64,000 nt of DNA from a virus: positions 17,962-81,961 of the IMG/VR virus record IMGVR_UViG_3300047470_000295; one strand, written 5' to 3'. Under the pieces are notes generated by a model that made no database searches, was not told where the DNA came from, and saw only the letters and a program-made list of their open reading frames with translations. Shown in pieces: positions 42,854-51,048 of the stretch. A program made the position numbers and the translations under genes. How positions within the stretch are numbered: position 1 is the first letter of the stretch; each line of letters starts with the position of its first letter.

Positions 42854-43459
42854 ATGCTCACCCTCAAGATCCAGCAGATGGCTGTCAACGGGCACCCCTA
42901 CCTGTGCCCCGACTGCGCTTCCCAGGCGTTCACCCTCGACGGCCAGGGCTTCATCGACGCCTTCCCCGTCTGGGGCAACTGCTGGAACGGGCACAGCTGG
43001 GAAGACCCGCTCATCACCATCGCCCACCTCAAGCAGATCGACGAAGCCCGCACCGGCCGGCAGCGCGCCGAAGACGACGACACCTTCGAGATCGTCATCG
43101 GCGGCGTCCTGCTCGCCGGGATCCTGCACCCCGAACTCACCCTCGACGACCTGAAGACGGAGGCTCGCGTCCTATGGAAGCGGGGCCTCAAGCCGACCCT
43201 CCGACGCAAGAAGCGGGCCGCTCTCCGCGCCGTGAAGAAGCCCGTCGCCAACGCGGTCGCCGCCGCCCAAGCCGCCGCGATCGGCGCCGCCTGGGGCCTC
43301 CAAGCCGGCGGCCACCAGCCCGACCCCAACTACACGCCCGAACCCGTCAACGCCTGCCCCGCCTGCACCGGCACCGGCGGCCACGACATCGAAAGCCGCA
43401 TCCACCAGACCACCCGCATCCGCTGCTCCGTGTGCACCGGCACCGGCGAAATCGACTAG
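42854..43459 (+). CDS. protein with C-terminal DnaJ-type CxxCxGxG zinc finger (201 aa)
   Basis: CPACTGTGGH ... CSVCTGTGE at the C-terminus. N-terminal CPDC. Confidence 0.5.
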   Translation: MLTLKIQQMAVNGHPYLCPDCASQAFTLDGQGFIDAFPVWGNCWNGHSWEDPLITIAHLKQIDEARTGRQRAEDDDTFEIVIGGVLLAGILHPELTLDDLKTEARVLWKRGLKPTLRRKKRAALRAVKKPVANAVAAAQAAAIGAAWGLQAGGHQPDPNYTPEPVNACPACTGTGGHDIESRIHQTTRIRCSVCTGTGEID

Positions 43460-43474
43460 GAGACCAGGAAATCC

Positions 43475-43660
43475 ATGGAGCGCTACCACTCCCTCTACTT
43501 CGTCTCGATCATCGGCCCCGCCATCTTGGGCCTGATCGCCCTCGCCCTGATCGCTCTCCCCGGCGAACCGAGCACCGCTCGAATGCTCATCGGGCTCGCG
43601 GTCTACCTCGCCGTCGTAATCGGCGGTGGCGCAGTCATGACTCGACGCCTCGACCGATAG
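43475..43660 (+). CDS. two-TM membrane protein (61 aa)
   Basis: Hydrophobic ORF. Confidence 0.45.
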   Translation: MERYHSLYFVSIIGPAILGLIALALIALPGEPSTARMLIGLAVYLAVVIGGGAVMTRRLDR

Positions 43661-43701
43661 CAGCCACCCCCAACACGCAACTCACCTAAGGAGACCCCAC
43701 C

Positions 43702-44193
43702 GTGACTGTCCTGCCCGAGCCGACGCCCACCGCCCCCGCGGCCGGGCAGGCCACCAACCCGCTGACCGACGCCGTCATCACGGCCGCCGTCGACCACGCC
43801 ATCCATCAAGCCCGCCAGACCGGAACCGCACCCAAGGTCGTCATCGGCAACGCGCAACCCGTCCCGCAGCCCGACTCGCGGATCGCACCCCAGTGGGCCG
43901 TCGGCGTGGCCATCGCGTCCATCGGAGTCGGCGCTGGCTCGACCGGCCTCGGCTGCGCCGCTTGGCTTGCATGCAAGGGGCTCTCCCTCGTCAGCGTCCC
44001 CGGGCTCGAACGCTTCGCCCTCATCGTCATCGCACCCTTCGTCGGCGCCGCCATGCTCGTCACCGCCGTCGGCGTCGCAATCAGCAGGGCCCGAGCCGCG
44101 GCCACCACCATCCACAACCACGGCCCCGTCGACCAGCGCACCCTCCACGCGACCAGCAAGGGCGTGTGGGTCAAGAACCACAACGAGCAGTGA
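43702..44193 (+). CDS. multi-TM membrane protein (163 aa), Spd-like by position
   Basis: GTG follows AAGGAG. Three hydrophobic helices. Confidence 0.5.
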   Translation: MTVLPEPTPTAPAAGQATNPLTDAVITAAVDHAIHQARQTGTAPKVVIGNAQPVPQPDSRIAPQWAVGVAIASIGVGAGSTGLGCAAWLACKGLSLVSVPGLERFALIVIAPFVGAAMLVTAVGVAISRARAAATTIHNHGPVDQRTLHATSKGVWVKNHNEQ

Positions 44194-44207
44194 CAGAGAG
44201 GACCCCG

Positions 44208-44393
44208 ATGAGAAGGAAGACCTACCACTTCAAGGCTGCAGTCAGCGACGGCAAGCACCACGACGGCGAATGCGAAGGCATCGTCGAAGCCTCCAACGAG
44301 ACGTCAGCCCGACGCGCCATCGCCGACCAAGTCGTGCAGGACGGGCGCAAGAACAAGCGTCACTGGACCGCAACCCATATCGAACTGAACTGA
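44208..44393 (+). CDS. small basic protein (61 aa)
   Basis: ATG follows AGAGAGGA. Confidence 0.4.
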   Translation: MRRKTYHFKAAVSDGKHHDGECEGIVEASNETSARRAIADQVVQDGRKNKRHWTATHIELN

Positions 44394-44407
44394 AGGAGAC
44401 CACCAGC

Positions 44408-44623
44408 ATGTGTTCTGACGGACCCACCACCAGCTACGGCTACGAGCTGTCCCCCGGCGACGAGGCCGACCCCGGCGACATCCCCGTCTGCTGCTACGAG
44501 CCCATGTCCGGCGTGACGACCGAAGAAGGCGACATCGACTACACGTGCGGCGACTGCGGCACCGTCCTAGAGATCAGCCGGAGCGGCGTCGTCGGGGACA
44601 TCCGCGAAAAGGATGCCGCCTGA
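44408..44623 (+). CDS. small acidic zinc-ribbon protein (71 aa)
   Basis: ATG follows AAGGAGAC. CC...CGDCG. Confidence 0.4.
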   Translation: MCSDGPTTSYGYELSPGDEADPGDIPVCCYEPMSGVTTEEGDIDYTCGDCGTVLEISRSGVVGDIREKDAA

Positions 44624-44675
44624 TGGAGGGACACGCTGACTGCTCCTGCAACTGCTGAACTAGCCAGACACGGAA

Positions 44676-44708
44676 GGGCCCCGACCGGGATCATCTCCGG
44701 CCGGGGCC
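44676..44708 (+). terminator. hairpin, copy 1 of a duplicated terminator
   Basis: GGCCCCGACCGG-gatcatct-CCGGCCGGGGCC then TTCGTC. Confidence 0.5.
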
Positions 44709-44801
44709 TTCGTCTGTGAATGGTCACAAGACTGACACTCCGGCCCAGAGGGTGTACGAGCAGGCGCATGATGCCTCCTCGGACTCGCACCAGGGGGCGT
44801 C

Positions 44802-45287
44802 ATGTTCTTCAAGCAGGACCCGGAGAAGGCCGCGCAGAAGGCCGCCGAGAAAGCGGAGAAGCAGCGGATCCGCGAGGAGGCTGCGGACCAGAAGGCCGCC
44901 GATAAGGCGGCACTCAAGGCGTGGCGGGAAGCCCACCCGGCCGAGCGCACGATGAACACGGCCGCGACGATGAGAACGTGGCCGTCATCGAAGATGGGCG
45001 TCACTAACCTGGGGCCGATCAAAGGCGGGTCCGCAGAGTTCGTCAACGCGGGCGCCCACAAGGGCTGGACAGCTACCCGTCTCATCGCAGGAGCGGCAAC
45101 GATGGGCACCTCGGCTATGGCGACCGGCCGGAAGAACAAGGGAGCCGCGGTCATCAACGTGACCTTCGGGAACGGGGCCGCCCAGACGTTCAACGTCAGC
45201 CCCGAGAGCCAGACCCTCAGTGCAGCCAACCGCTACGTCAACGCCTTCAACGCCCTCGCTGCGCAGCTGGCACAGGAGGACGAGTAG
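44802..45287 (+). CDS. hypothetical protein (161 aa), moron-like
   Basis: ATG follows CAGGGGG. Lys/Ala/Glu helical N-terminus and Gly/Ala/Thr-rich C-terminus. Bracketed by near-identical hairpins. Confidence 0.5.
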   Translation: MFFKQDPEKAAQKAAEKAEKQRIREEAADQKAADKAALKAWREAHPAERTMNTAATMRTWPSSKMGVTNLGPIKGGSAEFVNAGAHKGWTATRLIAGAATMGTSAMATGRKNKGAAVINVTFGNGAAQTFNVSPESQTLSAANRYVNAFNALAAQLAQEDE

Positions 45288-45305
45288 CCGCTAACTGGAA
45301 ACTAC

Positions 45306-45333
45306 GGGGCCCCGACCGTCCTCGGCCGGGGCC
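45306..45333. terminator. hairpin, copy 2 of a duplicated terminator (bidirectional)
   Basis: GGGGCCCCGACCG-tcct-CGGCCGGGGCC then TTCGTC. Confidence 0.5.
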
Positions 45334-45349
45334 TTCGTCGTGCGGTGGG

Positions 45350-45583
45350 TCAGACGTGTCGCCGGTCTTGAAGCACGAGCGCGATCGCGACACCGGCTGC
45401 CGCCGCCGGAAGAACCGCGACCACGGCCACCCAGCCGAGCCACGAGTCTGGGCCGATGAGTAGGGCGGCGATGGCGCAGGCGGCGGCGGGGACGATCAGG
45501 CCGAGCCAGAATCGGCGCTTCATCTGGCGCTCGCTGGCCTCGCGTTCAAGGCGTGCGCGTTCGGCGGGGCGGTACTGGCTCAT
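45350..45583 (-). CDS. two-TM membrane protein (77 aa)
   Basis: ATGA coupling to the upstream minus-strand gene. Confidence 0.45.
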   Translation of the reverse strand: MSQYRPAERARLEREASERQMKRRFWLGLIVPAAACAIAALLIGPDSWLGWVAVVAVLPAAAAGVAIALVLQDRRHV

Positions 45584-45801
45584 CCGCTCTTCTCCTCGCT
45601 GCTCGCTGGTCGTTCTGATTCTCCACCAGTCACAGCAAAGGCCTTCGTCTTGCGGGGGACAGCACGAGCCACCCAGTGCCGGCCGGCCGCGTCGGTGGGG
45701 TCCGTGGCGACCTCGGCGTCCATGCGCTCGCAGATCCGCGCCAACTCCCGTTTGCAGGCGGCTTCGGTTCGCGCCCGGACCATGTAGACGACGTCGCTCA
45801 T
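45580..45801 (-). CDS. hypothetical protein (73 aa)
   Basis: ATG ORF, first of a two-gene leftward cassette. Confidence 0.45.
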   Translation of the reverse strand: MSDVVYMVRARTEAACKRELARICERMDAEVATDPTDAAGRHWVARAVPRKTKAFAVTGGESERPASSEEKSG

Positions 45802-45957
45802 GACGGCAGTGTGGCGGCTCGTCGGCGGCCGTGGGCGGGTTCACGGGAAGTGACCGTGCACGTCGATAACTGTGCCATTGGCCCAGCGTGTCAACCCCAC
45901 AGTGCACAATTGGCCTAAGCGTCACTGCTTCCCCGTACCACCGCCGAGGAGCCAGCC

Positions 45958-46719
45958 GTGCACGACCACCCCACCCCGAAGCCCTGCCCCGGCCCCTGCA
46001 ACAACGCCTGGCGACGAGCCGAAGCCGTCCTCGCCGAAGCCGGCACCAGTCACCACCTCACCCCAGCCTGGGGCCAACCCACCCAGTGCTACGGATGCAG
46101 GGAGCGAGCCCTCCGGCAGATCACGGAACTCCCCGAACTCCTCACCGCAGTACAGCTCGAAGCCATCTACGGCACCCGCCCACAGAACACGGCCACCATC
46201 CATAGCCACCCCAACGACACCCCCGCCTGGCCCGGTCAAGCCGCCCGGCTCCTCATCGACACCCTGCTCGGCGAGATAGAAGAGCTCCAAGCCGACGTGC
46301 TCACCTTGCGCGGCATCTGGAAAGCCGACACCCAGACCGGTCGGGAAGGAGTCCGCGAAGGTCAGCGACTCACCGGCGCCTGCCGCGTCCTCGCCGCCCA
46401 CCTCGACTGGATGCTCCAACACCACCCCGCGGCAGGCGAACCGCACGAGCAGGGGAACGCCAACCCGGCCGGCCAGATACGGCACTGGCACGCCGCCGCT
46501 CAGCGCTTCACGAAGCAGCACCCGCAGCACGACGTCCGCAAGCTCGCACCCTGCCCCCGCTGCAAGGGCCCCTACCTCGCCGAGTCCCGCGACCTCCGCC
46601 TCGTCGACGACCGGCCGTACATCGAATGCCGGGATCCCGACTGCCGGCGCATCATGACGACCGCCGAGTACGAGACTTACGTCAAGGCTCTCGCCGCAGT
46701 AGTCACACAGGCCGCTTGA
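45958..46719 (+). CDS. zinc-ribbon-containing hypothetical protein (253 aa)
   Basis: GTG follows CGAGGAG. CPGPC, CYGC, CPRCKG...CRDPDC. Confidence 0.5.
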   Translation: MHDHPTPKPCPGPCNNAWRRAEAVLAEAGTSHHLTPAWGQPTQCYGCRERALRQITELPELLTAVQLEAIYGTRPQNTATIHSHPNDTPAWPGQAARLLIDTLLGEIEELQADVLTLRGIWKADTQTGREGVREGQRLTGACRVLAAHLDWMLQHHPAAGEPHEQGNANPAGQIRHWHAAAQRFTKQHPQHDVRKLAPCPRCKGPYLAESRDLRLVDDRPYIECRDPDCRRIMTTAEYETYVKALAAVVTQAA

Positions 46720-46843
46720 CTTCACGCAGCGTCATGCATGATCCTGAGGCCACGCGCAGCATGCCCGCACATGCTCAAGGCCTCCACGGACTCGTCCGTC
46801 GGGGCCTTTTCGCATTCCCGAACACCGCAAGGAGGTGGCCGTC

Positions 46844-47074
46844 ATGGTCGATCTGACCGTCGACTTGCACACCACCCTCTGGAGCGTCTCCGAGGCAGCC
46901 GAGGCCGCCCAAGTGAGGCCGAACGTCGTCCGCAACTGGAAGTACCGCGGCGTTCTCAAGCAGGCCGGCGAAGACCACAACGGACGCCCCCTCTTCAAGG
47001 CGATCGACGTGATCACGGCGGAGAAGACGACGCGCGAGAAGGCCCGCCGCGTCTACCCCGCCCACGCCGCCTAG
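46844..47074 (+). CDS. MerR/excisionase-type HTH protein (76 aa)
   Basis: ATG follows AAGGAGG. LWSVSEAAEAAQVRPNVVRNWKYRGVL. Confidence 0.55.
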   Translation: MVDLTVDLHTTLWSVSEAAEAAQVRPNVVRNWKYRGVLKQAGEDHNGRPLFKAIDVITAEKTTREKARRVYPAHAA

Positions 47075-47135
47075 AAGCCCCTGCGCGGGTGGTCGCGCAG
47101 GCCGGGCCTTGAAGCGCCATGCGCTCGGCCCCCTC

Positions 47136-47167
47136 GTCCGCCCGGTCTCGTGGGGGACCGGGCGGAC
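47136..47167 (+). terminator. perfect 12-bp stem hairpin
   Basis: GTCCGCCCGGTC-8 nt-GACCGGGCGGAC. A second hairpin, CCTGCGCG...CGCGCAGG, lies just upstream. Confidence 0.5.
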
Positions 47168-47190
47168 GCACAACACGCAGGAGGCAAACG

Positions 47191-47409
47191 ATGGCGGCAA
47201 TCGGAACCAGCACGATCACCTGCCCCGCATGCTCCGCCGGCCTCCAAGTTCCCGTGTCAGCTGTCCCTTACGCAAGCCAGTCCGGACCGACGATGTACCT
47301 CTCGTTCGACCTGGCGGTCGTGCGTGACCACGTCGCCGAGCACGACCTCGGATCAGCCGACGCCACGGACCTGCCGCTCTCCAACGCCGCCCGAGGCGAG
47401 CATCCCTGA
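47191..47409 (+). CDS. small zinc-ribbon-like protein (72 aa)
   Basis: ATG follows CAGGAGG. Contains CPAC. Confidence 0.4.
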   Translation: MAAIGTSTITCPACSAGLQVPVSAVPYASQSGPTMYLSFDLAVVRDHVAEHDLGSADATDLPLSNAARGEHP

Positions 47410-47494
47410 TCGTCCCGCCGCCTCTTACGCCCCCAGCGCCGGGCGGCGGGACCGCCAAACGCCCAGCCGTGCCCACCCCTTGAAGGAGGCCGCT

Positions 47495-47614
47495 GTGGCC
47501 CAGACGCAGACGTTCACGATCACCCTCCACGCCGAGGGCGAAGTCACCCACCCCAACCCGCAGCCGGAGGCCGACGAGTCTCCCGACACTGAGGAGACGA
47601 ACACCGATGGCTGA
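47495..47614 (+). CDS. mini-ORF (39 aa)
   Basis: GTG follows GAAGGAGG. Its stop overlaps the next ATG (ATGGCTGA). Confidence 0.3.
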   Translation: MAQTQTFTITLHAEGEVTHPNPQPEADESPDTEETNTDG

Positions 47615-48002
47615 GGGCCTCTCCACCTCCCTGGTATCCAGCTGGCTCAACACCTTGCGCGCTGCTGGTGCGGCCTACGGGCCGATCACCACCTACGCGC
47701 AGCTCCACACCGCGACCCCGGGCGCGGCTGGCACCACCGCGGTCTCGGCCGGCTCGACGACCCGTGTCGTCTTCACCTTCGCTGCGTCGTCGTCCGGCTC
47801 GGCGCTCGCGCTGACCGGCACCAACCCCAGTTGGACGAACGGCGGTACGAGCGAGACGCTCACCCACCTGTCGATCTGGTCCGCGTCGACGTCCGGCACG
47901 TTCCTGTTCTCCGTCGCGCTCAGCTCGTCGAAGGCGTGGAGCTCCGGAGACACGTTCACGGCGACCGCCCTCGGACTGAGTCTCACCCCGCAGGCCTCGT
48001 GA
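47607..48002 (+). CDS. small beta-rich virion/fibre-like protein (131 aa)
   Basis: Ser/Thr/Ala-rich with YAQLHTATPGAAGT... and alternating beta-type pattern. Sits directly upstream of the giant repeat protein. Confidence 0.5.
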   Translation: MAEGLSTSLVSSWLNTLRAAGAAYGPITTYAQLHTATPGAAGTTAVSAGSTTRVVFTFAASSSGSALALTGTNPSWTNGGTSETLTHLSIWSASTSGTFLFSVALSSSKAWSSGDTFTATALGLSLTPQAS

Positions 48003-48035
48003 TCCTGTCCGCGGCCTGACCGTCGGGAGGCCACC

Positions 48036-50735
48036 GTGGCGCGGATGTGGACGTGCGGGTTCGAGCTCCAGTCCGTGACAGCCCTCGTCGAGACGCAGGA
48101 CGTCAACACGGTCGGCGGCGCCCCGAGCATCTCGACCAGCATCCACCGCGGCGGCGCAGCCTCCCTCCGCGTCACGCCGACCGCCGGCACGTCCTACGTC
48201 GAACACCAGCTGACCAGCGGTGTTGTGATGCGGACGTTCCACCGCTTCTACCTGTACATCTCCGCCCTCCCGGCCGCCGACTGCAACATCTACGGCATCG
48301 GCCAGTCCGGCTACTTCCCCGGCATGATCAGGCTGAAGACCGACGGCTCCCTGATCCTCCGCGACGACCAGACCGGCACCGACCTCGGCTCCGCCACCAG
48401 CCCGCTCAACACCGGCCAGTGGTACCGGATCGAAGCCGACTTCAACGACGTCACGGGCACGATCACGTCCGGGGTGTCGGCGTTCAAGCTGTACGTGGAC
48501 GGCACCCTGGCCAGCGACCAGCTCTGTTCCAACATCAACGGGTTCAGCCGCGTCCGTGCGGGAGCCCTGCAGTCGGCGAATAGCCTCGACATCTACATCG
48601 ACGACATCGCCGTCAACGACACCAGCGGCACCGCGCAGACGGGGCTCCCCGGACCCGGCACCGTCGTCCACCTCCGGCCCGCCGGAGCAGGCGACAACAA
48701 CGGCTTCGCCACCGTCGTTGGTGGGACCGCAGGCGCGGCGAACAACTACACCCGCGTCTCCGAGACCACCCCGGACGATGCGACGTCCTACAACGCGACC
48801 GTCGCCACCGGCACCACCACCATCGACGACTTCGCCGTGTCCTCGCCGACAACCGCAGGCATCGGCGCCTCCGATGCGATCACCCTCGTCGCCGTCGGCG
48901 CGCGCATCGGCTCCAACGCCACCACCGCGGCCAGCATCGTCACCCGCATCAAAGGCCAGGCCGCCGGCACCGTCTCCGAGTCGGCGTCCACCTCCGTCAA
49001 CGTCAACGGCTGGTCCACGCACAAGGCGGCCGTACCGCGCCTCTACCAACTCACCGCCTACGCCAACCCGCAGACCAGCACCGCCTGGACGAGGGCGACG
49101 CTGGCGACGGCGCAGATCGGCTACCGCTCCAACGTCTCCCAGACGACGGCACGCAGGGTCAGCACCCTGTGGGCGCTCGTCGAGTACGTGCCCGTCAACG
49201 CGGTCACCGGCGACGGCAGCCTCACCGGCACCGCCACCACGTCCAGCAGCGGGGCCATTGGCGCTGGCGGCGGGGGAACCCTCGCCGCAACGGCCGGAGC
49301 CAGCGCAGCCGGACAACGGCAGACGGCAGGTGGCGGAGGCCTCGCGGCGACAGCCACCGCGACCGCCTCGGGCACGATCAGTGCGGCGAGTGGCGGCAGT
49401 CTCACCGGCACGGCCAGCGGTACCGCGGACGGAACCCGGGCCGCAGCCTCCACCGGATCGCTCACGGGGACCGGAACGGCCACGGCCAGCGGGACGCTTG
49501 CGGGAGCAGGCAGCGGAAGCCTCGCCGCTTCAGGAACCGCGTCCGCTGCGGGCGCTGTCGCGGCCGTCGGAGTGGGCAGCCTCCCCGTTACCGCAGGCCT
49601 GACCGGCTCCGGAGCTCGCGCCGCAACAGGCGCCGCGGCACTCACTGCCACCGGCACCGCAACCGCCGCTGGCTCTGTCGCTACAGCCGGAGCGGGAAGC
49701 CTCACGGCGACCGCAACGTCCACGGCGGCCGGCAGCATCGGGCGGGCCATCGACGGCAGCCTCCAGGCCACAGCTACCCTGACCGGTGCAGGCGTTCGTG
49801 CCGCAGACGGTGCAGGCAGCCTCACCGCTGCCGCCACCGCAGTTGCTACCGGGGCTCTTGCCACCGCGGCGGACGCGACACTCGACGTCACCGCCAGCCT
49901 GACCAGCGCGGGCATCCCCGGCCGGACCGGCACGGCAGCACTCGCAGCGACGGCCACGGTCACCGGCGGCGGCATCCGGGAGACCGCAGGCCTCGCAGAC
50001 CTGGCCGCCTCCGCGGCTGCTTCGGCCGACTCGGCGGTCTCCAGCCAGAGCAGCGGGTCGCTCGCCGTCATCGCGGCAACGGGCGCCAGCGGATCTGTAT
50101 CGGCGGCAGGCGACTCCGACGCCAGTCTCACCGTCGCAGCCACCATCAACGCCAGCGGCCAACTCGCGGCAGCAGGCAGCGGCGAACTCGGCGCCCTCGC
50201 CGAGGCGACGGCAGCTGGAACTCGGGACGCGGCCAGCACCGCCGCACTCACGGCCACGGCCGCAACGACCGCGGCCGGCATCCGAGACACGGCAGGCGAC
50301 GCCCCGGCACTCGACGTGGCCGCCACGGTCACCGCCGGGGCGACCGTGCAGACGGCTGGCGACGGAACCCTTGGCGGCCTGACTACAGCGGACGCGGACG
50401 GCATCGTCACCGCCGGCGGAAGCGGCGCGGCCCTGCTCGCTGCCACGGCCGTCCTCACCGCGGCAGGCGCGCTCACCACCCGTAGCACCGGAAGCCTCAA
50501 CGCCACAGCGACCGCGGCGGCGTCGGGCACGGTCACGCGAACGATCACCGGGCAACTGGCAGTCCTCGCCAGCCTCATCGCCGCGGGATCAGCCAGCGGC
50601 GGCGGGCCCGTCGAGCAGCTCGACACCGTCATCGCCGGGGCACCCCGCACCCGCTGGGCTGCAGGAACGCTCCGCAGTCGGCACGGCGCGGGCGCTCCGT
50701 ACAGCTCCTGGTCAGCGCAACAGCCGCACACGTAG
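48036..50735 (+). CDS. fibre-like protein (899 aa): LamG/ConA-like jelly-roll N-terminal part plus a Gly/Ala/Thr 20-residue repeat array
   Basis: The N-terminal ~390 aa are globular (WYRIEADF...FKLYVDGTL). About two dozen GSLTATATxTAxG-type repeats follow. Opposite-strand and other-frame ORFs here are repeat shadows. Confidence 0.75.
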   Translation: MARMWTCGFELQSVTALVETQDVNTVGGAPSISTSIHRGGAASLRVTPTAGTSYVEHQLTSGVVMRTFHRFYLYISALPAADCNIYGIGQSGYFPGMIRLKTDGSLILRDDQTGTDLGSATSPLNTGQWYRIEADFNDVTGTITSGVSAFKLYVDGTLASDQLCSNINGFSRVRAGALQSANSLDIYIDDIAVNDTSGTAQTGLPGPGTVVHLRPAGAGDNNGFATVVGGTAGAANNYTRVSETTPDDATSYNATVATGTTTIDDFAVSSPTTAGIGASDAITLVAVGARIGSNATTAASIVTRIKGQAAGTVSESASTSVNVNGWSTHKAAVPRLYQLTAYANPQTSTAWTRATLATAQIGYRSNVSQTTARRVSTLWALVEYVPVNAVTGDGSLTGTATTSSSGAIGAGGGGTLAATAGASAAGQRQTAGGGGLAATATATASGTISAASGGSLTGTASGTADGTRAAASTGSLTGTGTATASGTLAGAGSGSLAASGTASAAGAVAAVGVGSLPVTAGLTGSGARAATGAAALTATGTATAAGSVATAGAGSLTATATSTAAGSIGRAIDGSLQATATLTGAGVRAADGAGSLTAAATAVATGALATAADATLDVTASLTSAGIPGRTGTAALAATATVTGGGIRETAGLADLAASAAASADSAVSSQSSGSLAVIAATGASGSVSAAGDSDASLTVAATINASGQLAAAGSGELGALAEATAAGTRDAASTAALTATAATTAAGIRDTAGDAPALDVAATVTAGATVQTAGDGTLGGLTTADADGIVTAGGSGAALLAATAVLTAAGALTTRSTGSLNATATAAASGTVTRTITGQLAVLASLIAAGSASGGGPVEQLDTVIAGAPRTRWAAGTLRSRHGAGAPYSSWSAQQPHT
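49218..50616 (+). repeat. about 23 imperfect tandem copies of a ~60-nt (20-codon) coding repeat
   Basis: Counted by eye on the translation. Units start GSL/GTL/AAL and carry T-A-T-A-x-T-A-x-G. Confidence 0.7.
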
Positions 50736-50744
50736 GGGGCATCG

Positions 50745-51032
50745 GTGGAGCGTGAAAGCAGCGAATACCTGATGACCCCCGTCACCGCCGGCAGTGGCGA
50801 CCCCGCCGCTTTCACGGTCGAGATCGCCGTCCTCGAAGACGGCGAACGGCCCGACGCCGGCGACTGGCACGCCGCAACGTGGGGCGTCGACAACGGGCAT
50901 CCGGTCGCGATGCTCCTCATCGGCCCCGATGGTGCCGTCAACCCTGGGCCCGGCACCTACCGCACGTGGGTGCGCATCCAGGCCCCGCCCGAGCGGCCCG
51001 TCATCAAATCCCCGCGCTTCACGATCAGCTGA
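50745..51032 (+). CDS. hypothetical protein (95 aa), possibly Ig-like/structural
   Basis: GTG follows AGGGGG. Beta-rich composition. Confidence 0.45.
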   Translation: MERESSEYLMTPVTAGSGDPAAFTVEIAVLEDGERPDAGDWHAATWGVDNGHPVAMLLIGPDGAVNPGPGTYRTWVRIQAPPERPVIKSPRFTIS

Positions 51033-51048
51033 GGAGCCCGCGCCATGG
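51033..51048 (+). promoter_or_regulatory. start-associated sequence, copy 1
   Basis: GGAGCCCGCGCCATGG spanning the start codon of 51045. Confidence 0.5.

Noticed and set aside
32150-47500. Reading the island plus transfer block as an independent AICE nested in the phage
   Set aside because: I found no second integrase, no Rep/Prim-Pol-type gene and no flanking direct repeats at 32.15-32.2 kb versus 47.41-47.5 kb. The hybrid interpretation is kept but flagged as needing proper repeat and HMM searches.
49218-50616. CRISPR array or diversity-generating retroelement target behind the tandem repeats
   Set aside because: The repeats are in-frame, imperfect coding units without unique spacers. No cas genes, reverse transcriptase or template repeat were seen anywhere in the window.
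47544-50956. Very long ORFs on the minus strand and in other plus frames (590 aa, 611 aa, 438 aa, 348 aa, 341 aa) across the fibre-repeat gene
   Set aside because: Their translations are Arg/Gly/Pro/Ala low-complexity strings, typical of off-frame reading of GC-rich repeats. The 48036-50735 frame has a globular N-terminal domain, a ribosome-binding site and a regular repeat.
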